The translations under genes and the position numbers were made by a program. A DNA stretch of 64,000 nucleotides from Eledone cirrhosa (taxonomy: Eukaryota): contig OZ024742.1 of assembly GCA_964016885.1 (NCBI GenBank), positions 141,918,001 to 141,982,000 on the forward strand, given 5' to 3'. Every line of letters begins with the position of its first letter. Within the stretch, counting starts at the first letter, position 1. Below are positions 15,604 to 29,478 of the stretch, in pieces. The notes below the pieces were generated by a model. It saw only the letters and a list, made by a program, of their open reading frames with translations. It did no database searches and was not told the DNA's origin.

Positions 15604-15667
<64 letters not shown>

Positions 15668-15777
15668 CATTCGTGTGCGTGCTTTTGTATATGTATATGT
15701 GTATATATTTTTGCGTGTAAATATAAACATATATATATATATATATCAGCATACGTATCTATATATATCGTATATGT

Positions 15778-16012
<235 letters not shown>

Positions 16013-16914
16013 AATACAGAAACTCGAAAATGAAAAAAAAAAGAATAAATGGGAAAGAAAAAGAAAATAAAATAGAAAAAAGGAGGAAACGAGTGCAAAC
16101 GAACAAACTAGACACGTATTAAAGAAAGGAGTGAAAGGAAAACCATCCAGTGAAAATGTTATGTATTTATTCAGTTGTTTTGTTTATATTTGTTATATTT
16201 TCTAATTAAATAAAAAATGCCAGGTTTACCCATTCAGCAACAAGTCATGTAATTTTAGTATCAAGTAATCTCGACATGGCTCTATAAAACAGACTTAAAA
16301 CGAAAAGTAACAATACATCGTTTAATTCCATTGCAAATCTCAGTGTTATGTAAAGATTTCACGTAAGATACTTTTATCAATGTATGATGGAGAGTGTTTG
16401 TTGTTATGTGGCAAAGTTTATTTGTATTAAGCTTCTTAATGGCAACTGTGTAACTTCCTTATTAAATGTCGTAGGAAAAACCTTTTACTCCTTTCTAGAA
16501 GGGATACTTTTGTATAGCAAACATCAGTGTCAACTAGAAGATTTATATGCTTGTATATTGTGTACATACACAAGGAAGTGGTGAATATGCGCATAGAGGC
16601 TTATGTGTGTGTAAGAACTTGTGCGTTCACAATTCGCTCAATCATTTATTTGTAGATGCATCGCTTGGTAGTTTGAAAATGGCGCAGCTTCGCTATTTAG
16701 CTATCTATACAGAAGCAGAAGATAGCTAACTACAAAATAACACAGGGACGAAAAGGATAGCGAATTGAAATGTTCAATCTTTTGAAATGTAACAGGAAAT
16801 GCTGACTATGCTACATTTATGTGGAGGACATAACACACATAATTAGCAGCTGGTTTATAAAGTGTCGACACTATATTACTATCATGAGAGGAAAGACATT
16901 TGCTATATCTAGTG

Positions 16915-17029
<115 letters not shown>

Positions 17030-17094
17030 CCTGTGTAAACCTGTGTAAACCTGTGCCTACCTAAATGGATAGACAGGTGAAAATATATATATAT

Positions 17095-17230
17095 ACGATA
17101 TAGTAAATATTTATAACTTAAATATACTCCAAATATTTATATCGTAAATATACTCCAAATACTTGTTGAGTGCTTTTATATCAGTTATAAATATTTACTC
17201 GTTGTTAACCCAACAATTTAAATAAAACTT

Positions 17231-17233
<3 letters not shown>
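17095..17233 (+). mobile_element. Family A tail-only insertion
   Basis: Reverse complement of the tails at 2300-2390 and 49169-49260, with small internal rearrangements; TA flanks. Confidence 0.8.
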
Positions 17234-17264
<31 letters not shown>

Positions 17265-17265
<1 letters not shown>

Positions 17266-17920
17266 CATGATGGCTGCAAACTCGTGTTCGAGCATTGCCA
17301 TCGCCTGATAAAATGCTAAAAAATGTGAGGCGCGAATGTAGCTCTTTAAACCAGCCAAAGGCTTGCACCATCTGGCATATACATGACAACTGTAGTCTCC
17401 TCCGGCACTTTCCATTGCTTTGTTCTGGCTGTGTGTTCTATTGTGTCTTGTAAGATCTCCCATGCTAGCACATTCCTTGCCACATTCCTTACACCTTTTC
17501 AGATCATAATCTACATGAGGTCTACTGATATGACTTTATTCGTGTCTAGTCAAACCAGCTTTACACAGGCAGACTTGACCACGGTGCTGGCAGATGATGT
17601 TCAACACCAGGCAGTTCAGAGCAGTCTCCTTTCTTTGCCTTCCTTTTCAGTGTAAGGTGTTCTCTCGACGAGTTTCAATGTGTTCACTACCTGACTTGAT
17701 CAAACGTCTCCACTTCACATGTATATATATTATACATACATACCCACATACATAAAACATACATAAAACATGCATGCTTGATGATTGCTTCATCTTGTCA
17801 GATGATAGACGTCTCAACATCACCGCAATCATTCTTGCAAGCCTATACCCTCCCATGTGGATGGAAGTGACTTTTAAAGCCAGATACTGACAACACTCCA
17901 GCATCGGACACATCACCACA
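17265..17920 (-). mobile_element. Degenerate LINE (RTE-like) 3' fragment
   Basis: C-terminal zinc-finger-like remnant CHVYARWCKPLAGLKSYIRA; broken frames. Confidence 0.45.
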
Positions 17921-19681
17921 TGTTAATGGGGAACTGTGTTTTTTCCCGCCTATACTATATCTCCCGAGGTGACAAAACTACAGAAGTGGCGGTATTTCAT
18001 TGGTGTGCAAATTCGTGTGACACCCTAATAGCTGTAGTAATAGACTTAATGTCTATATTGTGACAAGAATTCAAAGTCCTGTACTGCAATGTCTAGTGAG
18101 ATGGAACGGCGGATGAGAAAATTGCAAAAGAAGTATCTGTACATAATGGATTATAGTGACAAACGCTTGTCACTATAACGATTACCACTCTCTAATTCTC
18201 AGTGATTATTATCTGATGACAAGCCTAAGCAACATAGCCAGTAATCACGCAAACCACAGGTTTTACTTCGGAGTTTCGCCCTCTTAGAAGAATATCATAA
18301 CAGTTCGGCTTCCTTCAATCCCAGTGAACTTACTGCGTGCCCTGACACCAGCTAGGAGTACCCGTTCACTGATGAGTTGTCATAATTATGATTAAGGAGT
18401 CCCATCTACTCCAGTTTTGAAATCGGAGTGATCTTTGTCCTTGACAGGCTGCCAACTCAGGTGGACGAGTTCTGTCTACCTGGAACAATTGGTTTCATGG
18501 TGCCAATTATTTACTTTTGACCCCTTCTCCTTGTCAGTTCTAAACAATTGTCTTGGGCTAAATGTGACGCAATCCGTTTGGGGCATTTTAATAGACTTTC
18601 CCACCCGAAAATAATAATCCTAGGAGTTATAACTACATATGTGGATCCCTGCATACCTACATAAATACAAGCGCACATGCTTATGTACATATGCGTGTGC
18701 TTACATTCATAGTACATTCATACATGCATGCATACACATATATATAAAAATTATGTTGAACAGTTTTTAAAATACAATGTACACACATTATTCTAGAATG
18801 TATCTGCTAGGTGGATGAGAAATTTCATCCTAAGTTTGCAAGGAAAGCTGGTCAAAAAAGTTATTTTAGAAACTTTAATTATTCATACACTTGAATATTT
18901 ATCAAATGATTACGCAGACATTTTTGGAGCTATAAATGTCAAGTTTACATACACATACTGAGAAAGAGAGGTGGTGAGAGAGAAAGATACGGAGAAAAAG
19001 ATGGCGAGATGGGAGAGGGTGAGGGCAATGAGAGATTTTAATCCAAATTTGGCAAATTCAATAAGTGAAACATGTCAATCTAGCACAAACTGATTAATTT
19101 TATCTAATTTCCTAATTAGATTCGAGAATCCTTAAATAAATAATAAAATACAATCTTCTCCCAAAATAAAATACGAAAACACGAACATAGAGAATATATC
19201 TCCCCAAAATAATATGCAAGAGGACACACAGATTCATATATTTGTATGTATGTATGTATGTATGTATGTATGTATGTATGTATGTATGTATGTATGTATG
19301 TATGTATGTATGTATCTATCTATCTATCTATCTATGTGTATGTATATATGTATTTATGTATGTGTATGTATGCTTGCACACATGCATGCCTGTATCTATG
19401 CTTGCACACATGCATGTCTGTGTGTATGTATGTATTCATGTATGTATGTATGTATGTTTATAAGTATGAATTTTCTTTCGACTGATTGTATTTTCTCTTT
19501 TTATTTTCAATGAAAATTTGTTGCTACAGGTTGAAGCCATCTATTTCTTTATTAGAAAAATTGGACTAGGATGCTAAATTCAATATATATATATAGAAAT
19601 AAAACGGGGGACAGTCCTCCGTTTGTGCTTTCTTTTAATTTCTAAATACACTTTATCAAGTAAACACACAAGCCCTTGTGT

Positions 19682-19730
<49 letters not shown>

Positions 19731-19734
<4 letters not shown>

Positions 19735-19890
19735 AGATTCAGGACCCCGACGGCTGACCTCCGGCCATTTCGAAAGGTAGATCTGAACGGAATCCGAACT
19801 GTATCTTTTCATATTACCCACTCTACTACTCCCACGTATCGAGTACACTGGTGGGTTATGGTCCACCTGTTATTTTACCACACCCTTTCT
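19731..19890. mobile_element. Diverged family C fold-back copy
   Basis: aggaccccgacggctga... followed by tail tattacccactctactac..gagtacac..ttatggtccacctg. Confidence 0.7.
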
Positions 19891-21591
19891 GATATATATA
19901 TTTATATATATATATATGTGTGTGTGTGTGTTTTGTGTGTGTGTGTTTTGTGTGTGCGTGTATGTGTGTTGTCTCATTTATGAACGCAGCATGCCCAGAT
20001 GGTTAGGAAGTTCCCTGTGTAATCATAAGAACCCTTTTAGCATGTTATAGAAACAGGTATATCTAGATGAAACATGGAGGAATAATAACATTATTAAGCC
20101 TTCTGAAACTCGGACGCTGATTCAGCTTGGGAATTAAATTAAGGGGATACGTGTCTTCAGAATACTCTGTTGTATTGTATGTATGGTCCCGTAACTCCTA
20201 ATAGAGTCGTAGGGGTGCCGTATTGACATACGGCGTTTCTTCGGCATTTTAAGCCTGGCGGAGCCTGTCCCTCTCCAGGCCTGAGTACAGCAGATTTCTT
20301 CCAGAGAAAGATAGAAAGTGAGAGGGGGGAAATGAGAAAGAGGTATAGAGGAAGGATCGACATCAGTACTAGACTGCTATCTTTTTTCATTGACCTTGAA
20401 AGGAAGACCGCGGCGGTATCTGGACTCCGAGAGCAGAGAGCCGGAATGAGTACCATAAAGCATTCTATCCGACGTTCTAACGACTCTGCCAATTCGTCGC
20501 CTAGAATACTTTGTTACATAACGTGAATAGATGAGTCGGATATTCAGGTGATCTAACAACTGAATGCTCTTCATTAAAAACAACGGAAGTTTCAACGCGT
20601 GTGTGTTTGGAGTGTACTCGATTAAAGAATATTTTTTAATATTTTACCCATGAACATTGTATTAATTCAATGTCTCTTATTCTTGGAAGATTGGATAAGA
20701 TTCCTCTCACTTGCCTCTCTCCATTTTACGTTATTATTTTTTTATGTTATTTTAAAATGGTGTCATAATAAAGCCGAGTATCTGAGATCTGGTCTCAGGA
20801 AAGGAGCTGATAATTGATTTTAGTGAAACAATTGTACTTTAATGAGTGACGTAATAAATATTTCTATACGGCAAACTCTTTATAATTACGATATATATAT
20901 GCATGTATGTATGCATGTATGTATGTATGTATGTATGTATGTATGTATGTATGAGCGCGTATGGATCTGTACGTGGGCACACGCAAGTCTGTATCTGTGA
21001 GTGTGTGTCTATTGGCGTGCATGCATATATATACATGTGCATGTGTGATTACGTTAACGCATAATTTAGTTGAATTTATTGAGTTTAATTTCGTCATGTC
21101 AGTGACAATGTGATTCATGTGGGCGCAATAATTAAACTACAACGTACATTATGTAACTGATAAATTGAATTAACTTCCATATATTACTAGATGTTCTATC
21201 TTTTGTTTTAGCTTAATTTTAATATATTTGAGAAATTATTCACTCGGAAAATGCAAATAAAATTGAAATTACATACATGCATACATACATACATACATAC
21301 ATACATACATACAAACAAACATGGTGGCTGCCAACTCGTTTTCGAGTACGGCCACTACCTTATATCCATATAGGAGAACCCCCTACCGATGCGCTGAACG
21401 ATACCATCAGAGTTGCAGGTGTTATATCAGAGTTTTCCTTCTCCTAGAATTCTGCCTTGACAAAGGCTAAGGGGTCATCTCTCCCGGTGATTTTGGATGG
21501 CCATCGACTCTTAAGAGCTCCTTTGCCCTTTGACAGGTTTTGTTTTTAGTCCTGCAGGATGTCCAAAGTCACCCTCCTCACCAAGAAACCT

Positions 21592-21852
21592 TGGTGGGGT
21601 TGCCAGTTTATTCGCCAACGACCCGACCATGAAACAGGTACTGGGATACCAGTAGCACAAACTGGTGACCTGACATAAACAAACAAACATACATACGTAC
21701 ATACGTACATACGTACATACATACGTACATACATACGTACATACGTACATACATACATGGTGGGGTTGCCAGTTTAGTCGCCAACGACCCGACCATGAGA
21801 CAGGTTGTACTGGGATACATGTTACCAGTAGCACCAACTGGTGACCTGACAT
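21592..21852. repeat. About 90 bp direct duplication separated by (TACG/TACA)n, next to a probable LINE 5' fragment
   Basis: tggtggggttgccagttta..gccaacgacccgaccatga..actggtgacctgacata at 21592 and 21758. Confidence 0.7.
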
Positions 21853-21941
21853 ACATAGACATACATACATACGTACATACATACATACTTATATACATAC
21901 ATATGTAGGTACGTACATACATACATACACACGCGCGCGCG

Positions 21942-21998
<57 letters not shown>

Positions 21999-22001
<3 letters not shown>

Positions 22002-22406
22002 GGAGGTGAGTTTTATTGTAGTACAATAAAGCAATGCAGATATCGGATAAGAAGCACTCTACAGTTTGTGGGACTGGAGTATGCATAATATAAGATCAAA
22101 AGATGGTTAAAGGAGTTCCATATATTTTATTATGCGCATTTCAAAAACAAACATCATCAAGCAATAATATTTGTGTTTTCATCAGATAAAACAGGAGAAC
22201 ATGATATGAAGGCTAAAAAACACTTGTGGATAGTGCAGTTTTATATATGTTGATTTAAAACTGCACTATCCACAAGTGTTTTTTAGCCTTCATATCATGT
22301 TCTCCTGTTTTATCTGAAGAAAACACAAATATTATTGCTTGATGATGTTTGTTTTTGAAATGCGCATAATAAAATATATGGAACTCCTTTAACCATCTTT
22401 TGATCT

Positions 22407-22414
<8 letters not shown>
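21999..22414. mobile_element. Fold-back element, family F: tail 21999-22084, arms 22085-22243 and 22256-22414
   Basis: 159 bp near-perfect inverted arms with a 12 nt loop; TA flanks; hammerhead in each arm. Confidence 0.92.
22306..22376 (+). ncRNA. Minimal type I hammerhead ribozyme (mirror copy with CTGATGA on minus strand at 22123-22193)
   Basis: tgttttat CTGAAGA [stem II aaacacaaatatta..tgatgtttgttttt] GAAA t-gcgc-a TA / ataaaata. Confidence 0.85.
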
Positions 22415-22447
<33 letters not shown>

Positions 22448-22589
22448 CGTATATATAAGTATCGAGTGCTCTGTTGAGTAATGGTTTAACTAGTTTTAAA
22501 CTGGTTCTATCCCGGATATATATATATATATATATAAATTTGTCGATCGACTTTCGTCAAATCGGACCGTTGATCTTTCCAATTGCTAA

Positions 22590-22736
22590 TACTAACTATC
22601 GCTCGCAACTCCGGGTAGAAGGAGCAACGTGAAATAAAATGTCCTGCTCAAAGACATAACGCATCGCCCGGTCCAGGAATCGAACTGACAACCTCATGAT
22701 TGCGAATCCTGTTCTCTAGCCAATCAGCCACACGCA
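22590..22736 (-). mobile_element. tRNA-derived SINE, second family
   Basis: Minus strand reads gcgtgtggctgattggctag (A-box) ... agttcgattcctgg (B-box). Confidence 0.6.
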
Positions 22737-23261
22737 TATATATATATATTTATATATATTCGTTTTATAGGTTTGTGCGTGTGTATTAAATACACTCAAA
22801 CCATATACAATTGATAGAATCAATAGATTTATTGTTAATACTTTAAGGCTTGCTGAAATTGTCAGCTTTTCAAAATTGTGTTGGTGAAATGATCCATTCC
22901 CTATAGCTTGCAGTAACTAGGTGTAGATAAGAGGCGGTTTGTAGATATAGTAAATACCAACATATAAGGGAATGTGGGAGAAAGGTTATGGAGAAGTTAG
23001 CGTTAGTCAAAAAGATGAATGAACAAAGGTGAGGAAATGGGTATCGGAGTTATATATCATGTGCTAATTTATCCGGGTAGTAAATACATATCCTTCTGTG
23101 TTAAAGGGTAAGGTTAAAGATCTTTGAGGAAAAATAACTGATCCTACATATAGATTTTAAGCCAGATTTATTTCTAATACTTGCCTAATCTAGTCACAGA
23201 ATATGCATATAGAGAAGTACTCACACATAAAATATATTATTACTAATACATGAGTTTATAT

Positions 23262-23299
<38 letters not shown>

Positions 23300-23305
<6 letters not shown>

Positions 23306-23565
23306 ATACTTGGGGAGGGTCATATTTGTGTAATATTGCCAGAATTAATAACAGAACACACTCCCTGTTTGGTTGGGTTTCGCTTCTCGCTGTCTTTTAT
23401 ATATATATATCACATAAGAAACAGAGAATCAGTGGCTATATTGTTATTGTATGCATTTTTTAACTACAAATTATCTTTTCTAGGGTTTGTATTAACCGTT
23501 ATATAACGGTTAATACAAACCCTAGAAAAGATAATTTGTAGATAAAAAATGCATAAGATAATATA
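23300..23565. mobile_element. PLE terminus (family G) followed by a ~120 bp palindrome centred 23502/23503
   Basis: ttgttatacttggggagggtcatatttg.. is shared with 42592 and 59966; palindrome ..tagggtttgtattaaccgttat|ataacggttaatacaaacccta.. Confidence 0.8.
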
Positions 23566-24125
23566 CCTACAATAACAACATGGCCAGTAATTCGGTGGAA
23601 TTTACATTTAACAAACAAATAACTATTGACTATAAACGACTCAAAATAATCATTTGGTTAATAGCTGTGAGTTACAAACAACATGTACAGATACAAACGA
23701 ACTACAACACAAAAACACTTGAATTAAAATCACCTATCCAACTCTATCACGTGCTTTGCATTACACCTCACATAACAAATACCTACATTATCACCACATG
23801 CTTCTCTAACAAATTGCATGCTATCTTAAACATTTCTAACAATTATTTCAACTGCATTATAACTCTTTCCTCATACATGCCTTATTGACTGTATTGACTC
23901 CTGTATTGTACACCACTTTTCCTTGCTTATAACTGTTTTGCCTGTAGTACCTTTTGCTTATACCTCTTACACTTTCAACCAGTGCTGCCTGTAATTGTGG
24001 TCTCTCAAGCATAACATCTGTTTAACTCCTGACTCTCCACATGATGCCTATGACACTAACAACAATTATGTACGCTAAATGTTCTGAATGACTAGGATTT
24101 TAGTCACATGTTTCGACATTCTCTA

Positions 24126-24172
24126 TGCTCCGATGAATCCAGACTTCCCTCTGGAAGAAACAATTGTCAGCA
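24126..24172 (+). ncRNA. Degenerate minimal hammerhead (U4C)
   Basis: tgct CCGATGA a tccaga-cttccc-tctgga a GAAA c-aatt-g TC / agca. Confidence 0.6.
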
Positions 24173-24212
24173 AATAAATGTCCTAAACTAAAATTTGATC
24201 ATTTTAAGAATT

Positions 24213-24249
<37 letters not shown>

Positions 24250-24250
<1 letters not shown>

Positions 24251-24738
24251 TGTGTGGTACTGAGACCGAGGAGACCACTAATCATATGAGTAATCGATAC
24301 ATGGGGACATGTAGAGTGGGTATAGAAATATGTAAAACCCCGATCGCGGCACCAAGCAGTCGACTTGTGTGTTCACCAAACCTTTTACATATATGTGTGT
24401 ATGTGTGTGTGTGTGTGTTCCTGTGTGTGTATACATATATATATACTTCTGTTGTACGATGAACACTAATTTTTCGTATTTCACATTATTAGACAATCTA
24501 CTGTTATACGTATTTTCATGGTACCCGCAGTTATTAGTCTAATAATGTGAAATACGAAAAATTGGTCTTCATATTCCTTATTATACCTACGCTCCATTGT
24601 GTACAACACAAGTGAACCTATAATATAGTTTGCGTGGTAGAGTGGGTATTAGGAAAATGTTCAGGGCCCCGACGGCAGAGCTCTAGCCGTTTCGACGGCT
24701 ATTTCTGGACTCAGAAATAGCCGTCAAAACGGCTTGAG
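24250..24738. mobile_element. Cluster of three small fold-back or tail fragments
   Basis: Family C-like tail at 24250-24390; inverted repeat 24467-24494 versus 24537-24564; family C hairpin at 24630-24738. Confidence 0.65.
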
Positions 24739-24749
24739 ATATATATATA

Positions 24750-25185
24750 TAGTAATAATAATAAATTTGAAGACTAAAATCAAAAGAGGGCTCGATAAGG
24801 ATAAATATATATCAAATATATAAGAACCGTAGAGCAAATATTTATTAAAATAACAGATTAAAGTTTAAGCAAAGAATCGCTGCTTTCACCCTTAACGGGA
24901 TCTTCTGAAACTTAAGCAGCGATTCTTTGCTTAAACTTTAATCTGTTATTTTAATAAATATTTGCTCTACGGTTCTTATATATTTGATATATATTTATCC
25001 TTATCGAGGCCTCTTTGGATTTTAGTCTTCAAATTTATTATTATTACTATATATATATATATATACATATATATTAAAATATATATATATATTTATTTAA
25101 ATATATATATATTTGATATATATTTATCCTTATCGAGCCCTCTTTGGACTTTAGTCTTCACATTTATTATTATTACTATATATAT
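24750..25185. mobile_element. Fold-back element with arms about 24750-24885 and 24914-25050, plus a duplicated terminus at 25105-25185
   Basis: About 135 bp inverted arms; a single-arm copy lies at 12111-12187. Confidence 0.85.
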
Positions 25186-25194
25186 ATATAGTAA

Positions 25195-26765
25195 TAATCC
25201 ACAGTTCAAAATAAAGTCAGTAAAAATTTACAGGTTAGATATCAAAGCTATACTTAAAACAGAGATAGAAAAACAGATAGAAAAATAAAAGTCTGGATAT
25301 TATTAACTTTGATCCAGACATTTATTTTCTATCTCTGTTTTTCTATCTCTGTTTTAAGTATAGCTTTGATATCTAACCTGTAAATTTTTACTGGCTTTAT
25401 TTTGAACTGTCGATCATTCATGCGTTTACATTTTTATATATCTATGTATTTTATAGTTATGCATGTATGAATCTATTACCTAAGATTATAACCGTTATCC
25501 TTTACTAAATGTATACCGTCTCATTAATACTTAATATATCTCTCTATATGTAGTTGGTGCAAATATGTTTATATTATATAATAACATAGTCATAAATATA
25601 GTTCGGTAGACCTCTGTATATAGTTTTGTGCAAATACGTTTATAATATACAATAACACAATATTAAGTTTAGTTCGGTATAACTCTATGTATAGTTTGTC
25701 CAAATATATATATATTTATATTGTATATTGACATAATCATAATTAGAGTTCGGTTCTTCCCTAGAATGCTGAATTAATGTAATGATCTAATATTTAATAT
25801 ATGAATAGATAATAAAAATAATAATTTATAGTTCCCTTATTAAGATCAATGCACACATATATATATATATATATATTTACAGCTGAAAACTCTGGTTTAA
25901 TTGTTATACTTTAGACACTATAACTATTTAACAATAAATTCCTTGATAATTATAACTGTAAATACTTCATAAACTATACATATGGATATTGTTGATAATA
26001 TTACAAGTAATATCTTTAAAGATTACCTTTGCGTGAATATTGAACAGTATATATTTTTCTTTCGTGGGCCTAGTAAATCCTTTAAATTCGATTTCATAAA
26101 ACTTTGAATTTTAGAAATTTAACACATTTATAAATTTATAAAATTTATAACACAAATAACCCCCAACTTTTAAAACCTATAATTTTGCTTCGTTACCATA
26201 AAATAACATAAATTAAATATTTTGAAACCTCACCGCCAAGGCTATATATGTTTATATGTGTCTGAAGAATATTTGTGCATAAATTACTCCCCTTTATCCC
26301 TCTCTCTTTAATTATATATCAGCTGTATTCTCAAACTAAAAACTAATATAACTCCAGATATGTATAGTCTTCCTCTATTGTCCTACAGTAGTATTTCAAA
26401 CATTAATAACCCTATAACTGTTACATTAAAGCAATCTTTTTCTTACTCACACCCTCTCTATTGATTCTATTACGTTTTCCCATGTTCTCATTTGTACGGT
26501 ATAAATCTTGAGTTTTCTCCCAAGTTAATCACTACCTTGATTAAATCTTAACCATTTAACATGTCAGGGTATGTCATGTATCATTTTATTTTATCTGATG
26601 AGGACGTACTATTGAACTTGATTCAAGTACCTAAGACATATGTATAATAACATTTAATTGATCACAAGAACATCTATTTTATTAATATTTGAATTTAATA
26701 TTAATAACTCTGGAAAATATCTCTCTGTTGAGTGCTTTCAATCTATTGTAAAACTCATTCTAAAA
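25195..26765 (+). mobile_element. Family B PLE 3' UTR copy with a 5' hairpin (25201-25410), decayed hammerhead and tail
   Basis: 26450-26760 is homologous to the reverse complement of 13403-13640 and to 15472-15570; CTGATGA at 26595 with GAAA mutated. Confidence 0.8.
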
Positions 26766-26783
26766 TAGATATATATATATATA

Positions 26784-26970
26784 TCGGACGCCATGCTTTG
26801 CAGCATAGAGTTACGGCCCTTTATGATCTGAGTTCAAATCCTGCCTAGGTTAACTTTGCCTTTCATCCTTACGGGGTCGATAAAATAAAGTACCAGTCAT
26901 GCACTTGGGTCGATTTAATCGACTTTCCCCTCCCCCAAAGTTGCTGGCCTTGTGCCTATATAAGAAACAA
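26784..26970 (+). mobile_element. tRNA-derived SINE copy
   Basis: Same B-box and core as 34497-34684. Confidence 0.85.
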
Positions 26971-26995
26971 TTACATATAAATATATGTGTGTGTG

Positions 26996-27049
<54 letters not shown>

Positions 27050-27090
<41 letters not shown>

Positions 27091-27414
27091 ACAGAAAAAG
27101 GGTGGGGTGTTTTAGAGAGAAAAAGAAGATAGATAGACACTCTGATGAACGATATCAAAATTGTTGCGTCGAATAATATATACAATGAGTTATTTCGACC
27201 CGTAAAATATATATCCATTTGCACTAGACAAAATAATTGGACTGATATAATCAACTAAAATATATCTAGGTGTAGTTCCAGCTTGGCTGCAGTGGAATAA
27301 CTGAAGCCAAATAACTCATTGTATATATTATTCGACGCAACAATTTTGATATCGTTCATCAGAATGTCTATCTATTTTCTTTTTCTCTCTAAAACCCCCC
27401 ACCCCCTCTCTCTC

Positions 27415-27449
<35 letters not shown>
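27050..27449. repeat. Fold-back with (GA)n/(TC)n outer arms; unique arms about 27100-27195 and 27309-27404
   Basis: Direct reverse-complement match; about 113 nt spacer; TA flanks. Confidence 0.85.
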
Positions 27450-27496
<47 letters not shown>

Positions 27497-27823
27497 CCTT
27501 TTGTGGGATTATATGATATGCTATGCTATTACTTAATGTGAGTTGTTTCGTTAAATCTTCCGTTACATTTTTATTTTTCTGCCACAAACATCGTAAAGTT
27601 TACATATTTGTCAGCGGAATGGACCTCTGTCGGCTTCGACAATGAGTGTTCCAGTTGTCCCATCAATGGCACAGCATACTCACGAGAACTCTGCAGACAC
27701 ATGCACCTTTAACGTAGTTCTCAGGGAGAATAGGCGTGACACGGTGCGCGAAAAGTCTTCCTCTTTTGAATTTCTGTTACATTTCATCCGACTGGCTTCC
27801 AAACAGTTTCGTTTACGCCTGTT

Positions 27824-27884
<61 letters not shown>

Positions 27885-28378
27885 TTCTCTCTCTCTCTCT
27901 CTCTCTCTGTGTTTCTCTCTCTCAATCTATCTCTCTCTCTCGCTCCCTCTCTCTCTTTTTCAACCCGAAGCTGTGGAAAATGACGCTTGCCCAAGATGAT
28001 ACACGATGAGATCTAACTCGTGACCTAATTGCAAAGGGAACCTGCTAACCATTGATAGCATTTTAAAGTTCTTGGTGGAAAAATTATGTATATTCGACAA
28101 AGCCAACTGGTGAAAGCAACTAAAATGTTTCTGCCATATTAGATCTCACCGGTGATGCATATGCTACTCCGTTGGCAAGACTAAGATCAATATCTAGACA
28201 GAAATATAAAAAATGTAGTGACAAGAATTCTGACTGAGGAAAAGTAATAACCTGAAAAAAACTTCAGGGTCCGAGGACATTTAAAAACACTGTCATGACT
28301 ATCATATATATATATATATATATTTATATATATGTGTGTGTGTGTACATGCGTGCACGTGTGTGTTTGTATGTGCATT

Positions 28379-28409
<31 letters not shown>

Positions 28410-28700
28410 GTATAAACATATATAAACATTTAAACGAGCATTCTCATACATGTATGTGTGTCTGTGTCTCTACATATGTATGTGTTGGTTGAGTTTCTCT
28501 TGAAATCTTGTTTAAAGCATTTTATTATAATAGCCAAATATTTTTCCCGTTGTAGGTGTCAGAGCGTAAACTTCAAACAATAAGCTAATGATTTTCCTTG
28601 TCCTTCTAGTTCACCAGTTAAAGAAACGATAAAATAAGAAAGTATATTTTATCCATTCATATCATTGGCATGATACGAATATAGAATACATATAAACCAT

Positions 28701-28735
<35 letters not shown>

Positions 28736-28911
28736 GATTCGGAAAAAATATTTCGATAAATAAATGTCTGTCTGTGTGTAGAATGAAGGAGTAAATAGAA
28801 GTGAAAAATAAATGATGAAATAAAGAAATTTATATAATTCGTGTAAAGAAATGAAAAGATGGGAAATATTACAAAGAAAGAAATGTTTACAAAATGCTAA
28901 TTTTCTATTTT

Positions 28912-29010
<99 letters not shown>

Positions 29011-29042
29011 ATATTATATATATATATTATATATATATATTA

Positions 29043-29097
<55 letters not shown>

Positions 29098-29373
29098 ATT
29101 ATATATATATTATATATATATATATTATATATATATTATATATATATATATATGTATATATAAAAGTGTGTGCGCGTGTGCATGGGTGTATGCGTGTGTG
29201 TGTGTGTATGTGCGTGTGTGTTATTTTTCGAAGTTGCCGAAGAGAATCCGTGCAATTCTGGCCGCCTCTTCCCCACTCAACGACTGGTATCATGAGGTTT
29301 GTAAGCAAGAAATGCACTCATATTCGTTGATAGTAACTAAACGGCAGCGCGTGCATAATGATAGTTATATATA

Positions 29374-29472
29374 ATTGTTTCTACTTTAGGCACAAGGCCA
29401 GCAATTACCCAGTACATTACTGATACTTTATTTTATCGACCCCGTAAGGATGAAAGGCAAAGTTAACCTCGA
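29374..29472 (-). mobile_element. tRNA-derived SINE, partial
   Basis: Reverse complement of the SINE core. Confidence 0.85.
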
Positions 29473-29478
29473 CAGTTA

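Larger units (their letters stand above)
13403..15606 (-). mobile_element. 5'-truncated Penelope-like element (family B) with an inverted terminal copy and tail
   Basis: GIY-YIG ORF, long AT-rich 3' UTR, hammerhead near the left end; 13403-13442 is inverted at 15472-15511 and followed by a ~95 nt tail; TA flanks. Confidence 0.9.
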
